Source: an uncultured Bacteroidales bacterium | GTDB lineage: Bacteria > Bacteroidota > Bacteroidia > Bacteroidales > UBA7960 | Direction of reading: 5' to 3' | DNA length: 64,000 nt | Assembly (NCBI GenBank): GCA_964348755.1 | Contig: CAYGDW010000003.1 | Location: 2,313 to 66,312, forward strand | Shown here: positions 9,004 to 18,552 of the stretch, in pieces | Layout of the letters: every line of letters begins with the position of its first letter | Numbering within the stretch: position 1 is the stretch's first letter | Position numbers and translations under genes: made by a program | Notes under the pieces: generated by a model | Database searches by the model: none | Seen by the model: only the letters and a program-made list of their open reading frames with translations | Told to the model about the DNA's origin: nothing

Positions 9004-10494
9004 ATGAAAAACGAGCGTTCGAGCGGAATCCTGCTCCATATCACCTCCCTTCCGGGTAAATACGGCATTGGAACCATGGGAAGCGATGCCTATGAATTTG
9101 TTGACTTCCTGGTGGCATCAGGACAGAAAATATGGCAAATTTTACCCCTTGGCCATACCGGTTATGGCGATTCGCCCTACCAGTGTTTTTCGGCTTTCGC
9201 CGGAAACCCTTTGCTTATCAATCTCGAAAAACTTACTGCCGAAGGACTGCTTGAACCATCAGAGCTGCCCTCAGAAAAAGATTTTGGAAACGATGAAGTT
9301 GATTTCGGGCAGGTCTTTACCTACAAATACCCCTTGCTGCGCAAGGCATACGAGCGCTTTAAGACCAACAACGAGGTGGTGGATCGGCTGCGCTTCGAAA
9401 ATTTTCACAAAAAAAACCAGTTTTGGCTCCCCGACTATGCCTTTTTCATGGCCATGAAAAACCACTTTGGCGGCAAGGCTTGGTCTGAATGGGATGCGCC
9501 AATAAAAAAGCGCGAATCCGAAGCACTCAGGCACTACCAACAGCACCTGGCCGACGATATAGGCTTTTACAGTTTCCTGCAGTTCGTCTTTTTCAGGCAA
9601 TGGCAACAACTCAAAGCCTATGCAAACCTTAACGACATAAAGATCATAGGCGATATACCCCTTTATGTGGCTGCCGACAGCGCCGACTCCTGGGCAAACC
9701 CAGGCATATTCGAGTTCGACAAAAACCTTAATCCGGTAACCGTTGCAGGGGTGCCACCCGATTACTTCAGCGAAACCGGACAACTTTGGGGCAACCCGAT
9801 TTATAAATGGGAAGTGCTTCAGGAGCAGGGCTTTTCGTGGTGGATCGAACGCGTAAAAGCCAACCTGGTGCTTTACGACATTATACGAATAGACCATTTC
9901 CGCGGACTGGCAGCATACTGGTCCGTTCCTTTTGGCGAAAAAACCGCAATTAAAGGAGTGTGGGTAAACGCCCCCGGCCAAAGCTTGCTCGAAGCCCTTT
10001 ACCAGGGGCTCGGCGACCTGCCAATTATTGCCGAAGACCTCGGGGTAATTACACCCGATGTGGTAGAACTTCGCGACGGATTCGAACTTCCAGGTATGAA
10101 AATACTGCAGTTTGCATTCGACTCTGGCGAAGAAAATGACTTCATGCCGCATACCTACGTGAAAAACTGCGTGGTTTACACCGGCACACACGACAACGAC
10201 ACAACCCGGGGGCAATTCAAATCGGTGCAAGACAGCGACCGCTTGCTTATGAAAGAATATTTCAGCGTGGATGAAAGAGACCCGGCATGGTCGTTTATAA
10301 AACTAGCCTGGAGCACCGTGGCAAATATGGCCATTGCCCCATTGCAAGATGTGCTCAGGCTCGATACCGAAGCCCGGATGAACTTCCCCGGAAAACCATC
10401 GGGATACTGGAAATGGCGCTTCAGAAAAGAAATGCTCAAACCCCAGCATGCCAGCGAACTGCTCAAAATTACACGCCTGTACGGAAGAAGGTAA
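9004..10494 (+). CDS. malQ: 4-alpha-glucanotransferase (amylomaltase, GH77)
   Basis: 'RSSGILLHITSLPGKYGIGT', 'YSPYQ'-like 'DSPYQCFSAFAGNPLLI', 'RIDHFRG' and 'TGTHDNDT'. I take ATG 9004 as the start, because the longer ORF overlaps the transporter. Confidence 0.9.
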   Translation: MKNERSSGILLHITSLPGKYGIGTMGSDAYEFVDFLVASGQKIWQILPLGHTGYGDSPYQCFSAFAGNPLLINLEKLTAEGLLEPSELPSEKDFGNDEVDFGQVFTYKYPLLRKAYERFKTNNEVVDRLRFENFHKKNQFWLPDYAFFMAMKNHFGGKAWSEWDAPIKKRESEALRHYQQHLADDIGFYSFLQFVFFRQWQQLKAYANLNDIKIIGDIPLYVAADSADSWANPGIFEFDKNLNPVTVAGVPPDYFSETGQLWGNPIYKWEVLQEQGFSWWIERVKANLVLYDIIRIDHFRGLAAYWSVPFGEKTAIKGVWVNAPGQSLLEALYQGLGDLPIIAEDLGVITPDVVELRDGFELPGMKILQFAFDSGEENDFMPHTYVKNCVVYTGTHDNDTTRGQFKSVQDSDRLLMKEYFSVDERDPAWSFIKLAWSTVANMAIAPLQDVLRLDTEARMNFPGKPSGYWKWRFRKEMLKPQHASELLKITRLYGRR

Positions 10495-10566
10495 TCATAG
10501 GCATTTGATTGTATGGCCACAACCATTACACAAAGCCCGAAATGAACCCTTAAAACAAACACACTC

Positions 10567-10608
10567 TGCCCGCCAGCGAAAATAGAATTTGCCGGCGGGC
10601 GGTTTTTT
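10567..10608 (+). terminator. Rho-independent terminator after malQ
   Basis: GCCCGCCAGC (10567-10576) pairs with GCCGGCGGGC (10590-10599) in 9 of 10 positions, followed by GGTTTTTTT. Confidence 0.7.
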
Positions 10609-10862
10609 TGTATAACAGGTTTATGGCATCATTGCAAACCTCAAAAACACCTTCCTGTAAAAGGTTGGATTGCTGCGAAAGTCTTAAATACACAGGCCTT
10701 CAATAATCCGCAAAAAATACCAATACTCCCACGAAAAGAAATAACAAGCCCCTAAACCGAAAATTTTACCGCTCATTTTATTTCCCCTACTGCACCTACA
10801 TATTAGGTTCGGGCATATTTAGCCTGAGGTTGGTTTTATTATGCCACCGCTATAAAAAATCA

Positions 10863-10870
10863 TAAATTTG
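10863..10870 (+). promoter_or_regulatory. Candidate -7 box (TAAATTTG)
   Basis: Matches TAnnTTTG about 30 nt upstream of the TTG start of the deacetylase gene. Confidence 0.3.
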
Positions 10871-10899
10871 CACTTAAACACACAAAACTTACCGGGGCT

Positions 10900-11565
10900 T
10901 TGAAATCATTGCACATACCGCCAAGGTGGCTCAAAGTCATTACCGAAAAACACCTGGTTTGGCAATTCCCGGCAGGCAGCAGAAAAATTTTTTTGAGCTT
11001 TGACGATGGCCCCACTCCTGGCCTAACCAGCCAAATTGCCGGAATTCTAAATCAGTTTGGGGCAAAAGCAACTTTCTTTCTAATGGGTAAAAATGCGTTT
11101 AAATACCCTGAACTGGTAAGGCAAATAGCCTCGGATGGGCATGCTATTGGCAACCATGGCTGGCACCACGTAAATGGCTGGCTTACGGGTACTGCCAAAT
11201 ACTTGGAAAACATACAAAAAGCAAACCAGGTTATATCTGGAAATTTATTCAGGCCGCCATACGGACGCATAACACCCGCACAAATACAGGTCTTGAAAAA
11301 TCAAGGAATTAATATAATCATGTGGTCGGTTCTGGTACCTGATTATGCTAATCTGCCCGACCTGAAATCAACGCTTAAAAAAACCATTTCGCAAACCACC
11401 GACGGAAGCATTGTGGTATTTCATGATAACCCTAAAGCTGCCAAAAACTGCCTGGCCCTTCTGCCAGGCTTTCTGAACCATTTTATAAACCTTGGTTTTT
11501 CATTCGAAATCATTCCGCAGGGCGATAATCATTTTAAACCGAACTCCCCTTCAGCAAATTATTGA
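10900..11565 (+). CDS. Polysaccharide deacetylase family protein (CE4)
   Basis: CE4 motifs 'SFDDGP' and 'HGWHH', plus 'RPPYG'. The start is a TTG and no in-frame ATG lies nearby, so the start is uncertain. Confidence 0.75.
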   Translation: MKSLHIPPRWLKVITEKHLVWQFPAGSRKIFLSFDDGPTPGLTSQIAGILNQFGAKATFFLMGKNAFKYPELVRQIASDGHAIGNHGWHHVNGWLTGTAKYLENIQKANQVISGNLFRPPYGRITPAQIQVLKNQGINIIMWSVLVPDYANLPDLKSTLKKTISQTTDGSIVVFHDNPKAAKNCLALLPGFLNHFINLGFSFEIIPQGDNHFKPNSPSANY

Positions 11566-11624
11566 TATTTTTGTGCTGCAATAAACCTATTATGCCAAAC
11601 CCCGTCAGTAAGTAAAATTAAATA

Positions 11625-13454
11625 ATGCAACGCCTTTTTAAAAACATACGCAAACCAGCATTCATAATAATTGCCTGCCTGGTGTTGTATTCATGCGCCA
11701 ATATTGTTGCCCCCACAGGCGGCCCACGCGATGAAGACCCACCTGAAGTTCTGAGCAGCAATCCGCCAAACTTTTCGCCTAACTTTACTAGCACCCAAAT
11801 CAGGGTATTCTTTAATGAGTTCATTCAGCTTAAAGACATTAACCAGAAGCTGCTAGTTTCGCCCCCATTCGAAAAACAACCCGAAGTAAGGCTGCGTGGA
11901 AAATCAATCATAATACGGTTTGATGAAACCCTGCGCGAAAACACCACCTATAATTTCTTTTTTGGCGATGCCATTATTGACAACAACGAGGGCAATCCCA
12001 TTCCCAATTTCCAATTTGTATTCTCTACCGGGCCTTATGTCGATTCATTATCAATTGACGGAAGGATAACCGATGCATTTACCCGAAAGCCGGTACAGGG
12101 GGTTTACGTAATGCTTTACGACAATTTTTCTGACTCGGTGCCTTACCTTGAACGCCCGGTTTACCTGGCAAAAACCGACAAAGAAGGATATTTTGGCATT
12201 AGCAACATACGCCAGGGAAATTACAAAATTTTTGCCCTTGAAGACCTCAATGCCAATTTCAGGTTTGATTTGCCAAACGAACGGATAGCTTTTCTGGACA
12301 GCATTGTTGTTCCGCGGTTTGTTGAACCCCAGGCCAAAGCAGAAGATCCTGCACATGATCATGATGATGCTCCTGCGCCAACTGTCCGGTCAATGCCTGG
12401 CGGTGCCCCTCCTGCCACACCCACAAGGCCTGGTCGCCCAGCCCTGAACCTACCTGCCGGCACCCGGGCTTTAACCGACACCATTCGCTTAGCCGAAAAG
12501 CCAAAACCGGTCATGTTTCAATTAGGCCTTTTTCAAGAGGCCGACACCCTTCAGCGGCTTGTTTCCACAAGCCTTTTAAAAGCCGGGTTGGTACAAATGC
12601 TCTTCAGGGTGCCTTTCGACTCGGTTTCGGTACTCGACCTCAGCCAGCAATTGCCCGAAAAATGGTTTTTGCCCGAGCCGGCACCAAATCGCGACACACT
12701 CCTCCTTTGGCTGCTGCCCCCCATTGCCGACTCACTGAAACTGGAAGTGGCCGATCGCGGGTTCGTGCTCGACACCATTAACCTCTCAACAAGACCCCGC
12801 GAATTGCGCCAACGAGGAGCAGCCCAGGAAGCCACCCCAGCTTTGAACCTCCGGCTCAATGCTGGCCGCGGTTTACCACTGCCATACTTCGAACCCCTGA
12901 AAATTACTGCCGAAAACCCAACAAAACGTGTTGACACCACCGCAATAAAAATTATGACCGCCGATTCGGTATTTGTTGTGCCAGATTTCGAATTTACCGA
13001 CCCGCTAAAAAGACATTTGAAGCTTAATACAGCACTCGAACCACAAAAAAATTATCTGCTCGAAATTTTGCCCGGTGCATTTACCGATATTTTCGGAAAT
13101 ACTAACGACACACTTAGGGCCAGCTTTTCTACAAATCGCCTTGAAGATTATGGCACCATTATTCTTTTGCTTGGCATTGAGGCGCAAGAGGGGCAGTTTA
13201 TTCTGCAACTATTGGACAAAGACGGAAAATCGCTGACCGAAAGAATAATTAAAGGAGCAGGAACTTATGAATTTAACAACTTGCTTCCGGGCAATTATGG
13301 CCTTCGCCTGATACTTGATTTAAACCAAAACGGCAGGTGGGATACAGGGCATTATTTGCTAAAGAAACAACCGGAGCCGGTGTATCTTTACGAAGGCATG
13401 TTACAGGTTCGACAAAACTGGGAGTCGGAAATGAATTGGGATGTTAATCTTTGA
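11625..13454 (+). CDS. Ig-like (SbsA/Big_5-type) domain lipoprotein, function unknown
   Basis: Lipoprotein signal 'IIIACLVLYSC' followed by 'APTGGPRDEDPPEV', which is typical of Bacteroidota Ig-like lipoproteins. There is an internal Pro/Ala-rich linker. Confidence 0.6.
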   Translation: MQRLFKNIRKPAFIIIACLVLYSCANIVAPTGGPRDEDPPEVLSSNPPNFSPNFTSTQIRVFFNEFIQLKDINQKLLVSPPFEKQPEVRLRGKSIIIRFDETLRENTTYNFFFGDAIIDNNEGNPIPNFQFVFSTGPYVDSLSIDGRITDAFTRKPVQGVYVMLYDNFSDSVPYLERPVYLAKTDKEGYFGISNIRQGNYKIFALEDLNANFRFDLPNERIAFLDSIVVPRFVEPQAKAEDPAHDHDDAPAPTVRSMPGGAPPATPTRPGRPALNLPAGTRALTDTIRLAEKPKPVMFQLGLFQEADTLQRLVSTSLLKAGLVQMLFRVPFDSVSVLDLSQQLPEKWFLPEPAPNRDTLLLWLLPPIADSLKLEVADRGFVLDTINLSTRPRELRQRGAAQEATPALNLRLNAGRGLPLPYFEPLKITAENPTKRVDTTAIKIMTADSVFVVPDFEFTDPLKRHLKLNTALEPQKNYLLEILPGAFTDIFGNTNDTLRASFSTNRLEDYGTIILLLGIEAQEGQFILQLLDKDGKSLTERIIKGAGTYEFNNLLPGNYGLRLILDLNQNGRWDTGHYLLKKQPEPVYLYEGMLQVRQNWESEMNWDVNL

Positions 13455-13578
13455 ACAACTCCGCTTAAAATTATACTACCTTATGCTATTTAGTTGCGGT
13501 CTGGCAACAATTAAAGCACTATTTATCTAATTTTTCTTTTTTCGGGAGTTGGCGTTCGGTTAAAACATTTAGAAAGCA

Positions 13579-13586
13579 TAACTTTG
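13579..13586 (+). promoter_or_regulatory. Candidate -7 box (TAACTTTG) for the mmd operon
   Basis: Matches TAnnTTTG 28 nt upstream of ATG 13614. This supports the ATG rather than the upstream TTG as the start. Confidence 0.35.
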
Positions 13587-13613
13587 CGCCAAGTTTTACC
13601 TAACATTTTCGCT

Positions 13614-14024
13614 ATGAAGCTTTCTCATATTGAACACATCGGCATTGCGGTAAAGAACCTTGAAGAATCCATTAAGTTTTACCAGGAGGTGCTTGGCCTC
13701 ACATGTTATGCCATTGAAGAAGTTAAAGACCAACGTGTTAAAACTGCCTTTTTCATGCTTGGCCAAACCAAGATTGAGTTGCTCGAATCGACCGACCCTG
13801 AGGGCCCGATTGGGAAATTTATTGAGAAAAAGGGCGAGGGCATACACCATTTGGCCTTTGCTGCCGAGGGCATTGAAGGAGCCCTCGATGAGCTTCAGGT
13901 CAAAGGCATACAACTCATTGACAAAGCCCCGCGTAAGGGCGCCGAAGGCTTAGACATTGCTTTTTTGCACCCAAAATCGACCCACGGCGTGTTCATGGAA
14001 CTATGCGAAAATAAAAACAAATAA
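13614..14024 (+). CDS. mce: Methylmalonyl-CoA epimerase (VOC superfamily)
   Basis: '[18 protein letters not shown]', 'GEGIHHLAF' and '[16 protein letters not shown]'. It is the first gene of the methylmalonyl-CoA decarboxylase cluster. Confidence 0.85.
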   Translation: MKLSHIEHIGIAVKNLEESIKFYQEVLGLTCYAIEEVKDQRVKTAFFMLGQTKIELLESTDPEGPIGKFIEKKGEGIHHLAFAAEGIEGALDELQVKGIQLIDKAPRKGAEGLDIAFLHPKSTHGVFMELCENKNK

Positions 14025-14049
14025 TCACTTACCTTTTAATACTGCCTGT

Positions 14050-15609
14050 ATGTCTTTCGAAAACAAGATTAAAGAGCTTCTTGAAAAAAGGGAACTAGCC
14101 AAGTTGGGCGGGGGTCAGAAACGCATTGATGCCCAGCGCCAAAAAGGCAAACTCACCGCCCGCGAACGAATAGACCTGCTGCTGGACGAAGGCAGCTTTG
14201 AAGAGTTCGACATGTTTGTAACGCATCGCTGCAACGATTTCGGCCTTGAAAACCAGCAATATTTTTCTGACGGGGTTGTAACAGGCTACGGAACCATCGA
14301 CGGCAGGCTGGTGTATGTTTTTGCGCAGGATTTTACAGTGTTTGGCGGTTCGCTCTCGCAAGCCTATGCCGAAAAAATCTGCAAGGTTATGGACAAGGCC
14401 ATGAAAATGGGCGCTCCGATTATTGGACTTAACGACAGCGGCGGAGCACGCATACAGGAAGGGGTAAATAGCCTTGCAGGCTATGCCGAGATTTTTCAGC
14501 GAAACATTATGGCATCGGGGGTGGTGCCGCAAATAAGCGGTATTTTCGGCCCTTGCGCCGGCGGAGCAGTATATTCTCCAGCCCTTACCGATTTTACCTT
14601 AATGACCAAGGAAAACAGCTATATGTTTGTTACCGGCCCAAAAGTGGTAAAAACCGTTACAGGCGAGGTAGTAACTGAACAGGAACTTGGCGGGGCCATG
14701 ACACACGGAACCAAATCGGGAGTAACGCATTTTATTGCCGACGATGAGCAGGAAGGTGCCATGCTAATCAGAAAACTGCTTAGCTACCTTCCACAAAACA
14801 ACCTCGAAGACCCGCCTGTTGCCCCTTGCGACGACCCCATCGACAGGCTTGAGGATAGCCTTAACACAATCATCCCCGAAAACCCAAACAAGCCTTACAA
14901 CATTAAAGATGTTATTTACGCCATTGTCGATTACAGCGAGTTTCTTGAAGTTCATCGCAACTATGCACCCAATATTGTTGTTGGTTTTGCCCGTTTCAAT
15001 GGTATATCGGTTGGTATAGTAGCCAATCAGCCAAACTACCTTGCCGGGGTGTTAGACATCAATGCTTCGCGCAAAGCAGCCAGGTTTGTGCGCTTTTGCG
15101 ATGCTTTCAATATTCCGGTGGTTACCCTGGTCGATGTGCCCGGATTCCTTCCGGGAACCACCCAGGAGTATGGCGGAATTATTGTGCATGGGGCAAAATT
15201 GCTCTATGCTTACGGCGAAGCCACTGTTCCCAAGGTAACCATAATTTTGCGCAAAGCTTATGGCGGGGCCTATTGCGTTATGAGCTCAAAGCACCTTAGA
15301 GGCGACCTGAACTATGCCTGGCCAATGGCCGAAATTGCCGTAATGGGGCCAAAAGGGGCCATTGAAGTACTTCGAAGCAAGGAAATTAAGGCCATTGAAA
15401 ACGAAGACCAAAGAACCAACTTTGTCATTGAGCAGGAAAAAGAGTACCTCGACAAGTTCGCCACTCCTTACCATGCTGCCAAATTTGGATATATTGACGA
15501 TGTGATTGAGCCTCGAAATACCCGTTTCAGGATTATCAGGGCTTTGCAATCGCTGGCCACCAAAAAGGATTACAATCCGCCCAGGAAACACTCCAACCTT
15601 CCTTTATAA
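14050..15609 (+). CDS. mmdA: Methylmalonyl-CoA decarboxylase alpha subunit (carboxyltransferase)
   Basis: Carboxyltransferase motifs '[18 protein letters not shown]', '[10 protein letters not shown]' and '[16 protein letters not shown]'. I take ATG 14050 as the start. Confidence 0.9.
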   Translation: MSFENKIKELLEKRELAKLGGGQKRIDAQRQKGKLTARERIDLLLDEGSFEEFDMFVTHRCNDFGLENQQYFSDGVVTGYGTIDGRLVYVFAQDFTVFGGSLSQAYAEKICKVMDKAMKMGAPIIGLNDSGGARIQEGVNSLAGYAEIFQRNIMASGVVPQISGIFGPCAGGAVYSPALTDFTLMTKENSYMFVTGPKVVKTVTGEVVTEQELGGAMTHGTKSGVTHFIADDEQEGAMLIRKLLSYLPQNNLEDPPVAPCDDPIDRLEDSLNTIIPENPNKPYNIKDVIYAIVDYSEFLEVHRNYAPNIVVGFARFNGISVGIVANQPNYLAGVLDINASRKAARFVRFCDAFNIPVVTLVDVPGFLPGTTQEYGGIIVHGAKLLYAYGEATVPKVTIILRKAYGGAYCVMSSKHLRGDLNYAWPMAEIAVMGPKGAIEVLRSKEIKAIENEDQRTNFVIEQEKEYLDKFATPYHAAKFGYIDDVIEPRNTRFRIIRALQSLATKKDYNPPRKHSNLPL

Positions 15610-15619
15610 ATTTTAAGAT

Positions 15620-16063
15620 ATGAGCATTGCTTGTTTTTTTACACTTGCGGCACAAACCCAAACTTTGACCCAACCCATTATTGACGAGGCCGAAGAGTTT
15701 GTGCAAACCGACCCTTATGGGTTGATTATGGCCTTTTTTGGTATGGGAATAGTTTTTTTAGCGCTGCTAATGTTTTATCTGATTTTTTCTAATACCCCGA
15801 TATTGTTTACTGCTTCTTTCAGGCAGCAATTTAAAAACCTGCTGAAATTCAAAAAAAACAAAAAGGCAATTGTTGAGCCACCAGCAGAAAAAAACCTGGA
15901 ACTTTCGGGCGAAGTAAACGCTGCCATAGCCGTTGCCATACACCTATACCGCAATGAGTTGCACGACTTTGAGGACACAGTGCTGACAATTAAAAAGGTG
16001 TCGCGGACTTATTCGCCGTGGAGTTCAAAGATTTACGGGCTCAGGAGACCCCTTGCAAGCTAA
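15620..16063 (+). CDS. OadG-family small membrane subunit (decarboxylase delta/gamma-like)
   Basis: A single TM segment 'MAFFGMGIVFLALLMFYLIF' and a position between the alpha and biotin-carrier subunits. The assignment rests mainly on context. Confidence 0.6.
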   Translation: MSIACFFTLAAQTQTLTQPIIDEAEEFVQTDPYGLIMAFFGMGIVFLALLMFYLIFSNTPILFTASFRQQFKNLLKFKKNKKAIVEPPAEKNLELSGEVNAAIAVAIHLYRNELHDFEDTVLTIKKVSRTYSPWSSKIYGLRRPLAS

Positions 16064-16119
16064 AAAGAGAGAATCCTTCTGAAATTAGTTTTCTGAAAAC
16101 AAATTGAAACTATCTAAAA

Positions 16120-16560
16120 ATGAAGAAATACAAGTTTACCATACATGGCAATGCTTACGAAGTAAGCATACTCAATGCGGAGGAAAACATAATCGACATT
16201 GAGGTGAATGGCTCGTCATACCGGGTAGAGGTTGACAAAACCATTCAACCTATAAAAACCCCAAAACTTGTCCGCCAGCGAGTAGTACCCGATACTGATG
16301 CCACCCCATCAGTTGGCACAGGTACCAAAGGGCCTTTTGCGGTAATCGGAACTGTAAAATCGCCATTGCCGGGCACCATATTAAGCATATTGATAAAACC
16401 TGGCGAAAGTGTTAAGGTTGGCCAAAAACTCATAGTACTTGAAGCCATGAAAATGGAAAACAACATTGACTCTGACAAAGATGGCCGAATTGCTAGCATA
16501 AAGGTGATACCAGGCCAGTCGGTAATGGAAGGCGATATACTGATTGAAATTGGAGCATAA
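16120..16560 (+). CDS. mmdC: Biotin carboxyl carrier subunit of the decarboxylase
   Basis: Biotinyl-lysine motif 'LEAMKMEN' in a C-terminal lipoyl-like fold. Confidence 0.85.
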   Translation: MKKYKFTIHGNAYEVSILNAEENIIDIEVNGSSYRVEVDKTIQPIKTPKLVRQRVVPDTDATPSVGTGTKGPFAVIGTVKSPLPGTILSILIKPGESVKVGQKLIVLEAMKMENNIDSDKDGRIASIKVIPGQSVMEGDILIEIGA

Positions 16561-16561
16561 T

Positions 16562-17725
16562 ATGGGTAGCGAGATTTTTAGTTTGTTTTTTGACCGAATG
16601 GGTGAGTTTTTGAGCTACACCTCATTTGCACACATTACTCTGGGGCATGTTGTAATGATTTGCGTGGGCTTGTTTTTTATCAGCCTCGCAATTACCAAGC
16701 ATTACGAGCCTTTGTTGCTCATTCCGATTGGCTTCGGAATTTTGATTGGCAATATACCTTTTGCAGAAAATACCGGCCTTCAAATCGGTATTTACGAGGA
16801 GGGGAGTGTGCTGAATATGCTGTACTTCGGGGTTCAGCGGGGTTTGTATCCGCCCATAATCTTTTTGGGCATTGGCGCAATGACCGACTTTTCCTCATTG
16901 CTGTCGAAGCCCCGGCTGGTTATGCTTGGCGCAGCAGCCCAATTTGGTATTTTTGCGGCCTATTCCTTTGCTTTGCTGCTGGGCTTTGAACCTGAGCAGG
17001 CAGCAGCCATTGGTATTATTGGTGGTGCCGACGGGCCCACCGCAATCTTTCTCTCATCGAGGCTTGCCCCTGAGTTTATAGGGCCTATAGCAATTGCGGC
17101 ATATTCGTATATGGCCCTGGTGCCTGTTATTCAACCCCCCATCATGAGGCTGCTTACTACCAATAAGGAGCGCCTTATACGCATGAAACCAGTAAGGGCA
17201 GTACCAAAACAGGAAAAAATCATATTCCCCATAGTAGGTATTATTCTTACAACATTTATTATGCCCACGGCGCTTCCGCTGCTGGGAATGCTTTTCTTCG
17301 GCAACCTGCTAAAGGAAAGCGGAGTAACAAACCGCCTGGCCGATACCGCACGCAATTCGCTTATCGACATTGTAACCATTTTTCTTGGCCTTACCGTGGG
17401 GGCTTCCACTCAGGCAACTGTGTTCCTTACCAAAGATTCGCTGCTTATTTTCGGGCTTGGAGCCGCTTCATTCATGGTGGCTACTTTTAGTGGGGTTATG
17501 TTTGCCAAAATCATGAATTTCTTTTCAAAAGAAGGAGACAAAATTAACCCCCTTATAGGTAATGCAGGTGTTTCGGCCGTGCCCGACAGCGCAAGGGTTT
17601 CGCAACACATTGGCCTGGAGTATGACAAAACAAACCACTTGCTTATGCATGCCATGGCAGCCAATGTTTCGGGCGTTATCGGAAGTGCTATTGCAGCCGG
17701 TATCCTGCTCAGCTTCCTTTCATAA
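16562..17725 (+). CDS. mmdB: Sodium ion-translocating decarboxylase beta subunit
   Basis: Polytopic membrane protein with OadB/MmdB-typical 'GGADGPTAIF' and 'NAGVSAVP' segments. ATG 16562 lies 2 nt after the upstream stop. Confidence 0.9.
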   Translation: MGSEIFSLFFDRMGEFLSYTSFAHITLGHVVMICVGLFFISLAITKHYEPLLLIPIGFGILIGNIPFAENTGLQIGIYEEGSVLNMLYFGVQRGLYPPIIFLGIGAMTDFSSLLSKPRLVMLGAAAQFGIFAAYSFALLLGFEPEQAAAIGIIGGADGPTAIFLSSRLAPEFIGPIAIAAYSYMALVPVIQPPIMRLLTTNKERLIRMKPVRAVPKQEKIIFPIVGIILTTFIMPTALPLLGMLFFGNLLKESGVTNRLADTARNSLIDIVTIFLGLTVGASTQATVFLTKDSLLIFGLGAASFMVATFSGVMFAKIMNFFSKEGDKINPLIGNAGVSAVPDSARVSQHIGLEYDKTNHLLMHAMAANVSGVIGSAIAAGILLSFLS

Positions 17726-17744
17726 CCACCAATCAGGTTTTAAT

Positions 17745-17786
17745 AAAAAAAGGCTGCCTCACTAATTCAGAGGCAGCCTTTTTTTG
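17745..17786. terminator. Bidirectional rho-independent terminator
   Basis: AGGCTGCCTC (17751-17760) pairs perfectly with GAGGCAGCCT (17770-17779). An A-tract lies upstream and a T-tract downstream, between convergent genes. Confidence 0.75.
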
Positions 17787-17804
17787 TTTCCCCGAAACGG
17801 GATT

Positions 17805-18467
17805 TTAAACTTTGAAAAGGCCGTTTTTAATAGCAAAGGTTACCAGTTTTACACTGCTATCTACACCAGCCTTGCGAAACAGGTTGGCTTTGTGCCCATC
17901 AACGGTGCGCTGGCTAATATAGAGTTTGTCGGCAATTTCTTTAATGGTGAACCCCTTGCAAATCAGCTCAAGTACCTCTACTTCGCGCCGGGTAAGCTCT
18001 TCGCGCAATTCGGGCTCGCGGGCTTCGTCTTTCGAGCGGCTTTTAACAAGCGAGGTGGTAAGGGTGGGTATCAGCTCGTCCGAAAAGTAATTTTTGTTTT
18101 CGGCTACCAGAGAAAGCGCCTTTTTCAGCTCATGCTCCTCGGCGGTTTTCAACAAAAAGCCCTTTACGCCAGCCTCTAACATACTTACCAGGTACTCTTC
18201 CTCACCAAACATGCTTATGGCCACAATTTTCAAATCAGGATTGCGCCGCAAGGCTTCCTTGGTGGCCTCAATACCATTGAGAATTGGCATCTGAATGTCC
18301 ATAAAAATAATATCGGGCTTCAGTTTCTCAAAGGTGTCTAGAAACTCCTGGCCATTGGTGGCTTCGCCGCAAATGATTACCTCGGGCAGTTCTTTAAGCA
18401 GCAAATTGAGGCCTTTGCGAAATATGTGGTGATCTTCCACTATCATCACCTTTAGTTCCTTTTTCAT
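17805..18467 (-). CDS. Response regulator, NarL/LuxR family
   Basis: REC domain 'VMIVEDHHIFRKG...DIIFMDIQMPILNG' and a C-terminal LuxR HTH 'LTRREVEVLELICKGFTIKEIADKLYISQRTVDGH'. I take ATG 18465-18467 as the start. Confidence 0.9.
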   Translation of the reverse strand: MKKELKVMIVEDHHIFRKGLNLLLKELPEVIICGEATNGQEFLDTFEKLKPDIIFMDIQMPILNGIEATKEALRRNPDLKIVAISMFGEEEYLVSMLEAGVKGFLLKTAEEHELKKALSLVAENKNYFSDELIPTLTTSLVKSRSKDEAREPELREELTRREVEVLELICKGFTIKEIADKLYISQRTVDGHKANLFRKAGVDSSVKLVTFAIKNGLFKV

Positions 18468-18552
18468 TTGTTTGGTTTTTTGCCAGAAATAAAGCATTCT
18501 ACGAGGTTAGTTACGACAAATTTACAATAAATTCCTAAATATATACAATGGA

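Noticed and set aside
9271-10230. 319-aa ORF antisense to malQ
   Set aside because: This is a shadow ORF on the strand opposite a confidently identified GH77 gene. Its composition is Val/Phe/Gly-rich with no recognisable motifs.
13957-14049. Upstream extension of the mmdA ORF overlapping the epimerase gene, and TTG 13584 and TTG 16544 as alternative starts
   Set aside because: Homology-like sequence begins at the internal ATGs (14050, 13614 and 16562). The extensions overlap neighbouring genes or the promoter box.
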